NCBI GenBank assembly: GCA_964371245.1
Contig: CAYJKP010000001.1
Span: 187,042-251,041 of the forward strand
DNA from: an uncultured Gammaproteobacteria bacterium
Lineage (GTDB): Bacteria > Patescibacteriota > Patescibacteriia > JAHIZJ01
DNA length: 64,000 nucleotides
Reading direction: 5' to 3'
Shown here: piece after piece, positions 8,904-18,767 of the stretch
Layout of the letters: every line of letters begins with the position of its first letter
How positions within the stretch are numbered: the stretch's first letter is position 1
Position numbers and translations under genes: made by a program
The notes under the pieces: generated by a model
The model's database searches: none
What the model was told of the DNA's origin: nothing
What the model saw: the letters and a program-made list of their open reading frames with translations, nothing else

Positions 8904-11591
8904 ATGTCAGAACACGCATGGTACAAATTGCCGCAGGCCAAGATTTTTGAGCTTCTAAAAACCAGGAAGACCGGTTTGACTGATCAGGAAGTTGCGGCGC
9001 GCCAGCGGAAATACGGATCGAATACATTGCCCCAGGACAAACGCGCGACCTGGGTTATTTTATTATTGAAACAATTTCAAAGTTCGCTCATTTATATCCT
9101 TTTATTTGCTGCCGGCGTAAGCTTGCTGCTGAATGATTATGTCGACATGTACGTGATTTTGGCAGCCGTGCTATTAAATGTCATCGTCGGCTTCATTCAG
9201 GAAAATCGGGCGATGAAAGCGATGGATAAGCTGCGCCGAGTCGTGGAATTCAGTACGCTGGTTCTGCGTGACAGCAGGGAGCTGAAGATTAATGTGGCGG
9301 ATTTGGTGCCGGGCGATGTCGTCCTCATTCAACCAGGCGATAAAGTACCGGCTGATGTCAGGCTGATCGAGGCAGAACAGCTGCGTGTTAATGAAGCGCG
9401 GTTGACTGGCGAATCCAACCCAGTCGTGAAATCCACGGAGACGCTCCACAACGAGCTGGTGCTGGCCGATCGTCTGAACATGGCGTTCATGGGCACGGTC
9501 GTTACCGGCGGTGTCGGCCGGGGCGTCGTCTGCGCGATCGGGCTGGAGACGGAAATCGGTCAGATCGCGAAGATGATAAAAGAAACCAAAGAAGAACAAA
9601 CGCCCCTGCAGAAAAAACTCAACAGTCTCAGCAAGTTAATCGGCGGGAGCGTGCTCTTGATCTGCCTGGGCGTTTTCCTGCTTGGCCTGCTGACGGGTCG
9701 CGCCTTCATCGAAATGTTCACCACCTCGGTCGCTATCGCCGTGGCGGCCATCCCCGAAGGTTTAGCGGTGGTGGTGACGGTTATTTTAGCGATCGGCATG
9801 CAGCGGATATTGAAACAACAAGGGCTCGTTCGCAAACTGGTGGCGGCCGAAACCCTGGGTTCCACCACGGTCATCTGCACTGACAAAACCGGAACGCTGA
9901 CTGAAGGGGAAATGCGGGTGGTTCGGGTTATTACGAACAATCATGATTTAGAGGCAACCGGAGACAAATTTAAAACGCACCTAAAAGAAACCGGGGATCA
10001 GACGAGTTTTATTACCGCGCTGAAAATCGGCGTCCTATGCAATGACGCCCACATTGAAAACGAATTCAGCCCGCTGCACGAATGGAAAATATTCGGCAAC
10101 CCGACGGAAAAGGCGCTCATCCTGGCTGGCAGCGAGGTCGGGCTGAGTCGTCATGTTTTGGAAAAAATACATCCGCGCCTGGCCGAGATACCGTTCAATT
10201 CAGAGCGGAAGTATATGGTCACGCTCCAGGGCTGGTCAAAAACGCACCACCTCATCTACATAAAAGGCGCACCAGAAAAAATACTCGAGATGTCCTGGCG
10301 GATCGACGTCGATGGCCAGATCGAACAGTTGACGCCTCAACAACGCGAAAAAATTAAAAAGCGCTTTGAGCATCTAAGTAATGAAGGGCTGAGAATCATC
10401 GCCCTGGCCTTTAAATCCACTTCGGCTGAAACGGCAGAATTAAAAGAAGCGCCCGGCCTGCTTGAGGATTTTGTTTTTGCCGGATTGATGGGCATCCAGG
10501 ATCCACTCCGGCCGGAAGCGAAAGAAACGATACGGCAGTGTAAGGAAGCCGGTATTGGAATCGCGATGATTACCGGTGATCATCGCTTGACCGCCCAATC
10601 AATCGCTCGTGAGCTGGGTTTGCCGTCAAAGATGGAGAACATCCTGCAAGGCGATGAGCTGGCCAAAATGAACGCGACACAGCTGCAGAAACGCGTCAAA
10701 AAGGTGTCCGTCTACGCTCGGGTGACGCCAAAAGACAAGCTGCGCATCGTTGACGCGCTCCAGGCCAATGGTGAGGTTGTCGCAATGACGGGGGACGGTT
10801 TGAACGACGCCCCAGCGCTGCGCTCCGCCGATATCGGCGTTTCGCTTGGTTCGGGAACTGACATTGCCAAAGAAACCGCCAACCTCGTTATTCTCGATAA
10901 TAATTTCAAAACGATTGTCGCCGCCGTCCGGCAGGGGCGCGTGCTTTTTGAAAACATCAAAAAAGTAGTGCTCTACCTCATGTCGGACAGTTTTTCTGAG
11001 GTGATCATTATAACTGGAGCGTTAGTGTTGGGCATACCGCTGCCGCTCGTGGCGGCGCAGATACTTTGGATCAATTTGGTTGGCGATGGCCTGCCGAACA
11101 TGGCGCTGACGGTTGAACCGGAGGAGCGTCACATCATGCAGGAATCACCGATTCGTCGGAATGCTCCGATCCTCGACACAGAAATGAAAACATTGGTTGC
11201 TGTCATCAGCGCTGTTACCGGCCTGGTCACGCTCGGCCTCTTTTACTATTTCTGGAAATCAACCGGCGATCTGTCGTTGGCCCGGACGATTGCCTTTACT
11301 TCCGTCGGCATTGACTCGCTGATATACGTCTTCAGCTGCCGTTCACTGCGGATACCAATCATAAAGAAAAATCCGTTTTCAAATCCCTGGCTGGTTTATG
11401 CCGTGATTGGTGGCATCATACTTCAAATTGCCGCCATCTATTTTGGGCCGTTGCAGAATGTTTTACGAACAGTACCGTTGACGCTTGACCATTGGCTGGT
11501 CATTGGCACGGCCGTTATATTTGTCATCCTGCTCATCGAAGTGATAAAATATTTATTCTTACACCAAAAAAAATTCCATGCGGCGCAATAA
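8904..11591 (+). CDS. Cation-transporting P-type ATPase (P2A/Ca2+-like)
   Basis: TGES, AIPEGL, DKTGTLT, KGAPE, TGD, GDGLND, ILWINLVGDG; promoter TTGAAC-N17-TAAAAT at 8864-8892. Confidence 0.95.
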   Translation: MSEHAWYKLPQAKIFELLKTRKTGLTDQEVAARQRKYGSNTLPQDKRATWVILLLKQFQSSLIYILLFAAGVSLLLNDYVDMYVILAAVLLNVIVGFIQENRAMKAMDKLRRVVEFSTLVLRDSRELKINVADLVPGDVVLIQPGDKVPADVRLIEAEQLRVNEARLTGESNPVVKSTETLHNELVLADRLNMAFMGTVVTGGVGRGVVCAIGLETEIGQIAKMIKETKEEQTPLQKKLNSLSKLIGGSVLLICLGVFLLGLLTGRAFIEMFTTSVAIAVAAIPEGLAVVVTVILAIGMQRILKQQGLVRKLVAAETLGSTTVICTDKTGTLTEGEMRVVRVITNNHDLEATGDKFKTHLKETGDQTSFITALKIGVLCNDAHIENEFSPLHEWKIFGNPTEKALILAGSEVGLSRHVLEKIHPRLAEIPFNSERKYMVTLQGWSKTHHLIYIKGAPEKILEMSWRIDVDGQIEQLTPQQREKIKKRFEHLSNEGLRIIALAFKSTSAETAELKEAPGLLEDFVFAGLMGIQDPLRPEAKETIRQCKEAGIGIAMITGDHRLTAQSIARELGLPSKMENILQGDELAKMNATQLQKRVKKVSVYARVTPKDKLRIVDALQANGEVVAMTGDGLNDAPALRSADIGVSLGSGTDIAKETANLVILDNNFKTIVAAVRQGRVLFENIKKVVLYLMSDSFSEVIIITGALVLGIPLPLVAAQILWINLVGDGLPNMALTVEPEERHIMQESPIRRNAPILDTEMKTLVAVISAVTGLVTLGLFYYFWKSTGDLSLARTIAFTSVGIDSLIYVFSCRSLRIPIIKKNPFSNPWLVYAVIGGIILQIAAIYFGPLQNVLRTVPLTLDHWLVIGTAVIFVILLIEVIKYLFLHQKKFHAAQ

Positions 11592-12174
11592 TGTTTTGAC
11601 AGCCATTGCCTTCGTGTCGCTCGCGGTTTTACTCGTGGTCGAGCTTGGCACGCATTATGATAGTTGGGATCGTCAAGTGGCCCTCTCGATTACAAATATC
11701 ATCGGCGGCGGCGTTTATTTATTGATCTATTATTTCCTGAAACGGCGCGGCATCACGTTGCCGTGGATAGCGGCCTGGCTGGTCGCCCTGGGTATCTGGT
11801 TCGACGCGCTTGGGAATTTTCAGCACTTTTTCGGTCGGATCCTCTGGTGGGACAAGCTCGCGCATTTTACCGGCTCATTGCCCCCGGCCACGGTCTTTTG
11901 GGCGGTCCTGTATGGGTTTGGAAAAAAGGGGACGATCCGACTGCCAAATTGGCTAACCGGTATATTTGCCGTTTGTCTGACAGTAACGCTGTCGGTGGTA
12001 TACGAAATATCTGAATATATCGGTGACCTGAACTTTCCGACCCATCGGATAACGGATTTATACGATACGGTTGATGATTTAATGTATAATTTATTAGGCG
12101 CCGTCGCCGTGGTGATCATTTGTCTGCTTATTTATCGAAAGAAACAGAAAAACGACCGCCAAACGAGCGTTTGA
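11578..12174 (+). CDS. Integral membrane protein (DUF2238/VanZ-like)
   Basis: About 6 TM segments; WDKLAHF, YEISEY, DTVDDLMYNLLG motifs. Confidence 0.65.
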   Translation: MRRNNVLTAIAFVSLAVLLVVELGTHYDSWDRQVALSITNIIGGGVYLLIYYFLKRRGITLPWIAAWLVALGIWFDALGNFQHFFGRILWWDKLAHFTGSLPPATVFWAVLYGFGKKGTIRLPNWLTGIFAVCLTVTLSVVYEISEYIGDLNFPTHRITDLYDTVDDLMYNLLGAVAVVIICLLIYRKKQKNDRQTSV

Positions 12175-12180
12175 AATATT

Positions 12181-12209
12181 TTGACAGCAGTCGGAAAAAT
12201 CGCTATAAT
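12181..12209 (+). promoter_or_regulatory. Consensus sigma70 promoter upstream of asnS
   Basis: TTGACA-N17-TATAAT, exact consensus. Confidence 0.85.
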
Positions 12210-12236
12210 TTAACAACACGATAGCGATTTTTTCTT

Positions 12237-13529
12237 ATGGAAAACACCAGAATAAATCAGGTTAATACGAGGGTCGGGAAAACGGTTGCGATCCGGGGCT
12301 GGATTTATAATTTTCGCTCATCCGGAAGCATCGTTTTCCTCCAATGCCGCGACGGGAGCGGTCAGATTCAGGCTGTTGTTAGTAAACAGGCGGTTTCACC
12401 CGAAGCCTGGCAAATATGCCAGAAAATGACGCTGGAAAGCTCGGTTTGCCTGGTCGGAACGGTTCGTGAGGATAAACGCTCAGTCTCGGGATATGAACTC
12501 GAGGTCAGCGACCTTTCCGTTTATCAGCTGGCCGAAGAATACCCAATCGCCAAAAAGGAGCACGGACCGGAATTTCTCATGGACCACCGTCATTTATGGC
12601 TGCGCTCAAGCCGGCAAACGGCCATCTTGCGCATCCGGGACGAGGTCGTCTGGCAATTACGAAAGTTTTTCCATGAGCAGGGTTTTGTCTTAACCGATTC
12701 TCCGGTGCTGACGCCGACCGCCTGTGAAGGCACGACCACGTTGTTCGAAACCAAATATTTCGACACCAAAGCGTACTTGGCCCAATCCGGCCAACTCTAC
12801 AGCGAGGCGACCGCCGGCGCGCTTGGCCGGGTCTACGATTTCGGACCAACCTTCCGGGCTGAAAAATCGAAAACCCGGCGCCACTTGATGGAATTCTGGA
12901 TGCTCGATGCCGAAGCGGCGTTTGTCGAGTTTGAGGAAAATATAAAAATCCAAGAGGAAATGCTCAGTGCCGTGGTTCAGAGCGTACTCCAAGAACGGAA
13001 AGCCGAGCTTGCCCTTTTAGAACGCGACACCGCCATTCTCGATAAAACGAAACCGCCGTTTCCTCGCCTGACGTATGCCGAGGCCGTTGAACGATTACAT
13101 CAAGCTGGCGTGGCGATGAAGGCAGGGGACGATTTTGGCGGTGACGAGGAAACGCTGTTATCGAAGCAATTTGATCAGCCCGTTTTTATCACTCACTACC
13201 CGACGAAGATTAAGGCGTTTTATATGAAGCCTGATCCGACCAACCCGGACCAAGTATTGAACAACGATCTCTTAGCTCCAGAGGGGTATGGGGAAATCAT
13301 CGGCGGCTCGCAAAGGATCGACGACCTGAAGCTGTTAGAACAGCGTTTGAAGGAACAGAAACTGCCGCGCAAGGATTTTGAATGGTATCTCGATCTCCGT
13401 CGCTACGGTTCGTTTCCGCACTCGGGCTTCGGTCTCGGGCTGGAACGGACGGTGCGTTGGATTTGCGGGCTCGACCACATCAGGGAAACGATCCCGTTTC
13501 CGCGTCTGCTAAATCGATTACGACCCTAA
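12237..13529 (+). CDS. asnS: Asparagine--tRNA ligase
   Basis: OB fold, RHLWLRS, YLAQSGQLY, FRAEKSKTRRHLMEFW, EIIGGSQR, GFGLGLER. Confidence 0.96.
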   Translation: MENTRINQVNTRVGKTVAIRGWIYNFRSSGSIVFLQCRDGSGQIQAVVSKQAVSPEAWQICQKMTLESSVCLVGTVREDKRSVSGYELEVSDLSVYQLAEEYPIAKKEHGPEFLMDHRHLWLRSSRQTAILRIRDEVVWQLRKFFHEQGFVLTDSPVLTPTACEGTTTLFETKYFDTKAYLAQSGQLYSEATAGALGRVYDFGPTFRAEKSKTRRHLMEFWMLDAEAAFVEFEENIKIQEEMLSAVVQSVLQERKAELALLERDTAILDKTKPPFPRLTYAEAVERLHQAGVAMKAGDDFGGDEETLLSKQFDQPVFITHYPTKIKAFYMKPDPTNPDQVLNNDLLAPEGYGEIIGGSQRIDDLKLLEQRLKEQKLPRKDFEWYLDLRRYGSFPHSGFGLGLERTVRWICGLDHIRETIPFPRLLNRLRP

Positions 13530-13538
13530 GCGATTCCT

Positions 13539-14951
13539 ATGACACGCATTACCACAATTCAGTCACTCGAACGCATTGGCGAAAAGGCGACCTTGGCCGG
13601 CTGGGCTGAAACGGTTCGCAAACTCGGAAAAATTTTATTTATCGACCTGCGCGATAAGGACGGACACTTGCAAATCGTCTGCTCGCCCGAACAAAGCGCG
13701 CTCTATGAAACGGCCAAGAGCATTCGGCCGGAGTATGTCATTCGCGTCACTGGCCGGATCGCCAAACGGGCTGAAAAGAACGTAAACAAAAAACAGCCGA
13801 CTGGTACGATCGAGCTTCAGCCCGAGCAGCTTGAAATATTAAGCACCTCGCTGACGCCGCCGTTTGAAATCGACAACGAGATCCGGCAGGCGTCGGAAGA
13901 GCTGCGCTTGAAATACCGCTATCTCGATCTACGGCATGAACGCATGCGCCGCAATTTGCGGATGCGTTCCGATATGCTGTGGTTTCTCCGCAATTGGCTG
14001 CACGAGCGCGGTTTTACCGAAATTCAGACGCCGATACTCTCAAAATCCACGCCGGAAGGGGCGCGCGATTTTCTCGTCCCGTCACGGCTTCAGAAAGGGA
14101 GATTCTTCGCCTTACCACAATCGCCCCAGCAGTACAAACAGCTCTTAATGGTTGCCGGCATTGAAAAATATTTTCAGATCGCTCCCTGTTTCCGTGATGA
14201 AGACGCCCGCGCCGACCGCAGTCCGGGCGAGTTCTACCAGCTTGATATCGAGTTGTCATTCATCAACCAGGAAGAAATACTGCAACTAACCGAGGAAATG
14301 TTTACCCAGATGGTGACGAAGATATTCCCTGAAAAACACATCATGACGACGCCGTGGCCGCGCTTGCGCCACGCCGAGGTGATGAAAAAATACGGGACGG
14401 ACAAACCCGATCTTCGCCAGAACAAAGAGGATAACAACGAACTCGCCTTTGCCTGGGTGATTGATTTTCCGCTGTTTACCAGACAGACGAAAGACGATTA
14501 TTTCTACGGGGCCGGCGACAAACTCGCGCCCTCTCACCACATGTTTACGGCGCCGAGAGAAGAGGATATCCCGCTGCTCGAGACCGCGCCGGAAAAAGTC
14601 CGCGCCTACCAGCACGACCTAGTCCTCAACGGGATCGAGGTCGGCGGCGGCAGCATCAGAATACACCGGCCGGAAATTCAAGAAAAAGTGTTTGACCTGA
14701 TCGGCTTTACCAAAGACCAGAAAAAACTGTTTAAACACCTGATGACAGCGTTCCAATATGGCGTACCGCCGCACGGTGGAATCGCCCCCGGCATTGAGCG
14801 TCTGCTCATGGCCATACTAGGTGAGAAAAATGTAAAAGAGGTAGCCGCTTTTCCGCTGACGAGCGAAGGCCGCGATCCGATGATGGATTCTCCATCCCGA
14901 GTTACCCCGGCGCAGCTGCGCGACCTCGGCTTGCGGCTTGATAAAAACTAA
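13539..14951 (+). CDS. aspS: Aspartate--tRNA ligase (bacterial type, short, no GAD insert)
   Basis: FIDLRD, LKYRYLDLR, STPEGARDF, LPQSPQQYKQ, CFRDED, GGGSIRIH, PPHGGIA. Confidence 0.96.
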   Translation: MTRITTIQSLERIGEKATLAGWAETVRKLGKILFIDLRDKDGHLQIVCSPEQSALYETAKSIRPEYVIRVTGRIAKRAEKNVNKKQPTGTIELQPEQLEILSTSLTPPFEIDNEIRQASEELRLKYRYLDLRHERMRRNLRMRSDMLWFLRNWLHERGFTEIQTPILSKSTPEGARDFLVPSRLQKGRFFALPQSPQQYKQLLMVAGIEKYFQIAPCFRDEDARADRSPGEFYQLDIELSFINQEEILQLTEEMFTQMVTKIFPEKHIMTTPWPRLRHAEVMKKYGTDKPDLRQNKEDNNELAFAWVIDFPLFTRQTKDDYFYGAGDKLAPSHHMFTAPREEDIPLLETAPEKVRAYQHDLVLNGIEVGGGSIRIHRPEIQEKVFDLIGFTKDQKKLFKHLMTAFQYGVPPHGGIAPGIERLLMAILGEKNVKEVAAFPLTSEGRDPMMDSPSRVTPAQLRDLGLRLDKN

Positions 14952-14952
14952 T

Positions 14953-15276
14953 ATGCGCCTGTCACCGCTCCAAAAATATATCCTGCTCGAAGTCTACACT
15001 AGCCGAGTGCAGCTTTTTCCGCGGTCGGTTATTACGAAATACTACTTTTCCCAAACGCGACCGCCGAAGCTTGGCGATATGCAAAACATCGTGACGAAGA
15101 GCCTCGAACGGCTGATTGATAAAGAGCTGCTGACCGGTTATGGGCATCGGACGCCGCATAAATGGTTTATCAGCGAGGTGAAACTCACGCCGCTGGGTCG
15201 GCGGACAGCCAAACGGCTCCAGGGCGAACAGCAAACCCTGCCCTTACGACTCGCGAAAAGAAAGGTTAACAATTAA
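14953..15276 (+). CDS. Small basic hypothetical protein, probable winged-helix
   Basis: LSPLQKYIL..., KSLERLIDKELL, V.LTPLGR (MarR-like wing); sits in the operon with 1 and 11 nt gaps. Confidence 0.7.
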   Translation: MRLSPLQKYILLEVYTSRVQLFPRSVITKYYFSQTRPPKLGDMQNIVTKSLERLIDKELLTGYGHRTPHKWFISEVKLTPLGRRTAKRLQGEQQTLPLRLAKRKVNN

Positions 15277-15287
15277 ATACGAAGGCT

Positions 15288-15758
15288 ATGAAACCACCAC
15301 AAAAAGTGCTGTCGTATCTAGACAAAAATAAAATTAAATACACGCTCGTCGAACATAAAACTGTCTATACGGCGTATGATGTTGCCCAAACTTTGAAAAT
15401 GAAACTCCAGGAAATTGTCAAAACGCTGCTCGTCAAGGTTGACGGGAAGCTCTCCCTGGCCGTTCTACCGGCCTCAGCCAGGCTGGATTTGAAGAAGCTG
15501 AAAGTCTTGGCCAAGGCGAAAAAAGTCGAGCTGCCGAAGGAAAACGTTATGAAGACCAAACTCAGCATCATTCCCGGCGCGCTCACCCCGTTCGGTCCGT
15601 TGTATAAGCTCCCCGTGTATCTCGATAAAAACCTGCTCAAACAGAAAGCCGTGCTGGTCGGTTCGGGCAGCTTCGAGTTTTCACTGAAAATGAGCCCGAG
15701 CGTCTTGGTCAAGGCGGCACTGCCAGTTACCGGCGCATTTTCGGCGAAGAAAAAATAA
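15288..15758 (+). CDS. YbaK/EbsC-family aminoacyl-tRNA deacylase domain protein
   Basis: H..VYTA, IVKTLLVK, LAVLPA, PGALTPFG, VYLD. Confidence 0.88.
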   Translation: MKPPQKVLSYLDKNKIKYTLVEHKTVYTAYDVAQTLKMKLQEIVKTLLVKVDGKLSLAVLPASARLDLKKLKVLAKAKKVELPKENVMKTKLSIIPGALTPFGPLYKLPVYLDKNLLKQKAVLVGSGSFEFSLKMSPSVLVKAALPVTGAFSAKKK

Positions 15759-15775
15759 TCCCGTCCGTCATTCGC

Positions 15776-16486
15776 ATGTATCAGATCAAGCTAGAGCAAT
15801 TTGAAGGTCCGCTCGACCTCCTCCTCAGACTGATTGAGGAGGAGAAGCTTGATATAACGACCGTTTCACTCGCCAAGGTTACCGATCAGTATTTGGCGTA
15901 TATCGAGACAATGGAAGAAGTACGGACTGAGGAGCTGGCTGATTTCTTGGTTGTGGCGGCGAAGCTCCTTCTGATCAAGTCAAAAACGCTTCTGCCGTTC
16001 CTCCAGCCCGAGGCGGAAGAGATAGATCTGGAAAAGCAGCTCCGGATATATAAGGAGTATCTTGAGGCGTCGAAGCAAATCCAGGCGTTAATTCGGCGGA
16101 AGCGCTATCTCTACCCACGGGAAATGAGCCGGTCGATGCTGGAGCCGATTTTTAATCCGCCGCCGCAACTCGATGCGCCTGAGCTTCAGCGCATCATGCT
16201 CGAGGTTCTGCGGAAGATTGAGCCGATCGTCAGTCTGCCGGAGGAAGTAATCGAACGGACTGTTTCGATCCAGCAAAAAATCGATCAGATTCGGACGCTC
16301 ATTATTCAGCAAGAGACGACGAGTTTCCAGGCGCTTCTTAATACCGCCGGTACAAAAACCGAGGTGATTGTTACGTTCCTCGCGCTCCTCGAGCTTATCA
16401 AACAGGAAAATATCATTGTCGTACAACGGAGCGTTTTTGACGATATAACCATTAAGACATACGAAACGAATGTCATTGAAGAATAA
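15776..16486 (+). CDS. scpA: Segregation and condensation protein A
   Basis: FEGPLDLLLRLI, LLLIKSKTLLP, VTFLALLEL. Confidence 0.96.
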   Translation: MYQIKLEQFEGPLDLLLRLIEEEKLDITTVSLAKVTDQYLAYIETMEEVRTEELADFLVVAAKLLLIKSKTLLPFLQPEAEEIDLEKQLRIYKEYLEASKQIQALIRRKRYLYPREMSRSMLEPIFNPPPQLDAPELQRIMLEVLRKIEPIVSLPEEVIERTVSIQQKIDQIRTLIIQQETTSFQALLNTAGTKTEVIVTFLALLELIKQENIIVVQRSVFDDITIKTYETNVIEE

Positions 16487-17024
16487 AATCGAGAGCCTTC
16501 TCTTTGTGGCGACGAAACCGCTGGCGCCGAAGAAGCTCATCGAGCTGACGGGCGGCACCGAAGAAGAGATACGGAATGCGTTGGCCGAGATCCGCGAGCA
16601 ATATAACACTCAGGCGCAAGGCATTCAGCTGGTCAGCCACAACGGCAAGGTGCAGCTGATGACGAATCCGGAAAACAGGAAAATCGTCGAAGCCTATCTG
16701 AAGGAAGAACAGTTTAGCGAATTAACCAAGCCTGGTCTCGAAACGTTGACAATTATTGCCTATCGGGGACCGGTCACCAAGCCGGAACTGGAACAGATAC
16801 GCGGCGTGAATTGCAGTTTGATCCTGAGAAACCTGATGATAAAAGGCTTGGTTGAGGCGCAGGATGATCAGGAAAAAATGCAGACGAATTACACTGTCAC
16901 GTTTGATTTTATCCGGTACCTCGGTTTGCGCGAAATCTCCGAGCTGCCCGAGTATGAAAAGCTGTCACGGCACGAAAACATTGAGAAGATATTGGCCTTA
17001 ACCAATCAACCCAGCGAAGAATAA
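16470..17024 (+). CDS. scpB: Segregation and condensation protein B
   Basis: IESLLFV, LETLTIIAYRGPVTK..LEQIRGVN. Confidence 0.96.
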   Translation: MSLKNKIESLLFVATKPLAPKKLIELTGGTEEEIRNALAEIREQYNTQAQGIQLVSHNGKVQLMTNPENRKIVEAYLKEEQFSELTKPGLETLTIIAYRGPVTKPELEQIRGVNCSLILRNLMIKGLVEAQDDQEKMQTNYTVTFDFIRYLGLREISELPEYEKLSRHENIEKILALTNQPSEE

Positions 17025-17957
17025 ATGCTGCCCTCACTATTGATCAGCGCGTTTATCATCACCCAGGTCGTACCACCCGCTTTTTTAATGAAACCGCTGG
17101 CGTTGGATTTTTCGAACGCCAACCAGCCGACGATTATTATTGCCGAAGAATACCCCTCGCATATTTATCCCGGCGAAAAACCGCAGAAAATTTCTCCCAG
17201 TCTCGGCATTGATACGACCGGCGCTTCAGTGGTGGTATTCGATCCGATCGGCGGCCAGCAACTTTTCCGCAAAAACCCAAACGCGGTCCGTTCCATTGCC
17301 AGCCTGACGAAGCTAATGACCGTACTCGTGTTTCTCGACCACAACCCGGGTTTTGGCCAAGAGGTTGAAATCACCGAAGCGGATCAAATCGCTGAAGGCA
17401 GTATTGGCTTGGAGGTGGGGGATAGAGTGATCGTCCGCGACCTTTTTTATGCCAGCCTGGTGAATTCAGCCAACAACGCCACCCAAGCCTTAGCCCGGTC
17501 GACCGGGATGTCACGGGAGGTTTTCGTCGCGGCGATGAATCAACGGGCCAACGACATGGGCTTAAAGCAGACTCATTTTGTCGACGTCACCGGGCTTGAT
17601 TCGGGAAACGTTTCGACCGCCAGCGAGGTCGCCCGCTTAGCCGATTTTGCTTTTCGGAACGCTGAAATATCACAGGCGACGACGCTGCCGAATCATGAGT
17701 TCACGACGTTGAACACCAATCGCACGATCCGTTTTAATAATACGAACAAACTGCTTGAATCATTCCTCCATCTGTCCGGCGGTAAGACTGGGTATACCGA
17801 GGAAGCGGGGTATTGTCTGGCGATCCGGACTGATGATGGACAGGGGCACGATATTGTCGTGGTTGATCTCGGCACCGCCGGCCCGGATGAACGTTTCCAG
17901 GAGGTGAAGGGGTTGATCAGCTGGACGTTCGAGAATTGGCGCTGGCCAGCTGATTAA
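17025..17957 (+). CDS. Peptidase S11 (D-Ala-D-Ala carboxy/endopeptidase)
   Basis: IASLTK (SxxK), SAN (SxN), KTGYT..AG. Confidence 0.92.
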   Translation: MLPSLLISAFIITQVVPPAFLMKPLALDFSNANQPTIIIAEEYPSHIYPGEKPQKISPSLGIDTTGASVVVFDPIGGQQLFRKNPNAVRSIASLTKLMTVLVFLDHNPGFGQEVEITEADQIAEGSIGLEVGDRVIVRDLFYASLVNSANNATQALARSTGMSREVFVAAMNQRANDMGLKQTHFVDVTGLDSGNVSTASEVARLADFAFRNAEISQATTLPNHEFTTLNTNRTIRFNNTNKLLESFLHLSGGKTGYTEEAGYCLAIRTDDGQGHDIVVVDLGTAGPDERFQEVKGLISWTFENWRWPAD

Positions 17958-17999
17958 AAAGATCATCAAAATATGGTATTGTTGAAGGGAAGAAAAGCC

Positions 18000-18764
18000 A
18001 TGAAGACTAAGCCGCTTATCGTTGCAAATTGGAAGATGAACCTCTTGCCGAGCCAGGAGGCTGATTTGGCGCAAAAATACGCCCAGGCGTTCACCCGCCT
18101 GGCGAAGAAGGTTGAAATTGTCATCTGTCCAACCCATACGGGCTTAGCGGGCGTCGCTGAACAGCTGCGCGGCTCTGCGCTGGTATTGGGTGCTCAGGAC
18201 GTATCAGGGGAGATGGTCGGCGCTTTCACCGGCGAGGTCTCAGCTGCCATGCTGAAAGAACTTGGGGTAACCCACTGCATTGTCGGGCACTCGGAACGAC
18301 GCCAGCGCGTCCATGAAACCGATGAAATGGTCAACGCAAAAACGCGGGCCGTGTTGGTCGAGGGGATGATACCGATTGTCTGTGTCGGTGAATCATATGA
18401 GGAACGGCTAAACGGCCAAAAAGAGGTCATGGTTCTACAACGGCTGACTGCAGCCATGAAAAACGTATCCGGGGAGCGGCCGGTTGTCATTACGTACGAG
18501 CCGATCTGGGCGATCAGTCCGGGCGGGCCAGCCTCGCCGGCTGAAGTTGAGCCGATGGTCTCGCTCATCCGGCAAACCTTGCGCGATTTGTTTCCCGCTG
18601 AACTCGTTGAGAAAAACTTCCGGATTATCTATGGCGGGAGCGTAGAGGGCGACAACATCAAGGATTTTCTCGGTCTGGAATATGTCGAAGGCGCGCTGGT
18701 TGGCGCAGCCAGTCTCCTTACCGCCCGCTTTACAAAAATTATTCAATCAGCCTCTAAATTATAA
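18000..18764 (+). CDS. tpiA: Triosephosphate isomerase
   Basis: NWKMN, GAFTGEVS, GHSERR, YEPIWAI, YGGSV, LVGAASL. Confidence 0.96.
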   Translation: MKTKPLIVANWKMNLLPSQEADLAQKYAQAFTRLAKKVEIVICPTHTGLAGVAEQLRGSALVLGAQDVSGEMVGAFTGEVSAAMLKELGVTHCIVGHSERRQRVHETDEMVNAKTRAVLVEGMIPIVCVGESYEERLNGQKEVMVLQRLTAAMKNVSGERPVVITYEPIWAISPGGPASPAEVEPMVSLIRQTLRDLFPAELVEKNFRIIYGGSVEGDNIKDFLGLEYVEGALVGAASLLTARFTKIIQSASKL

Positions 18765-18767
18765 GCC

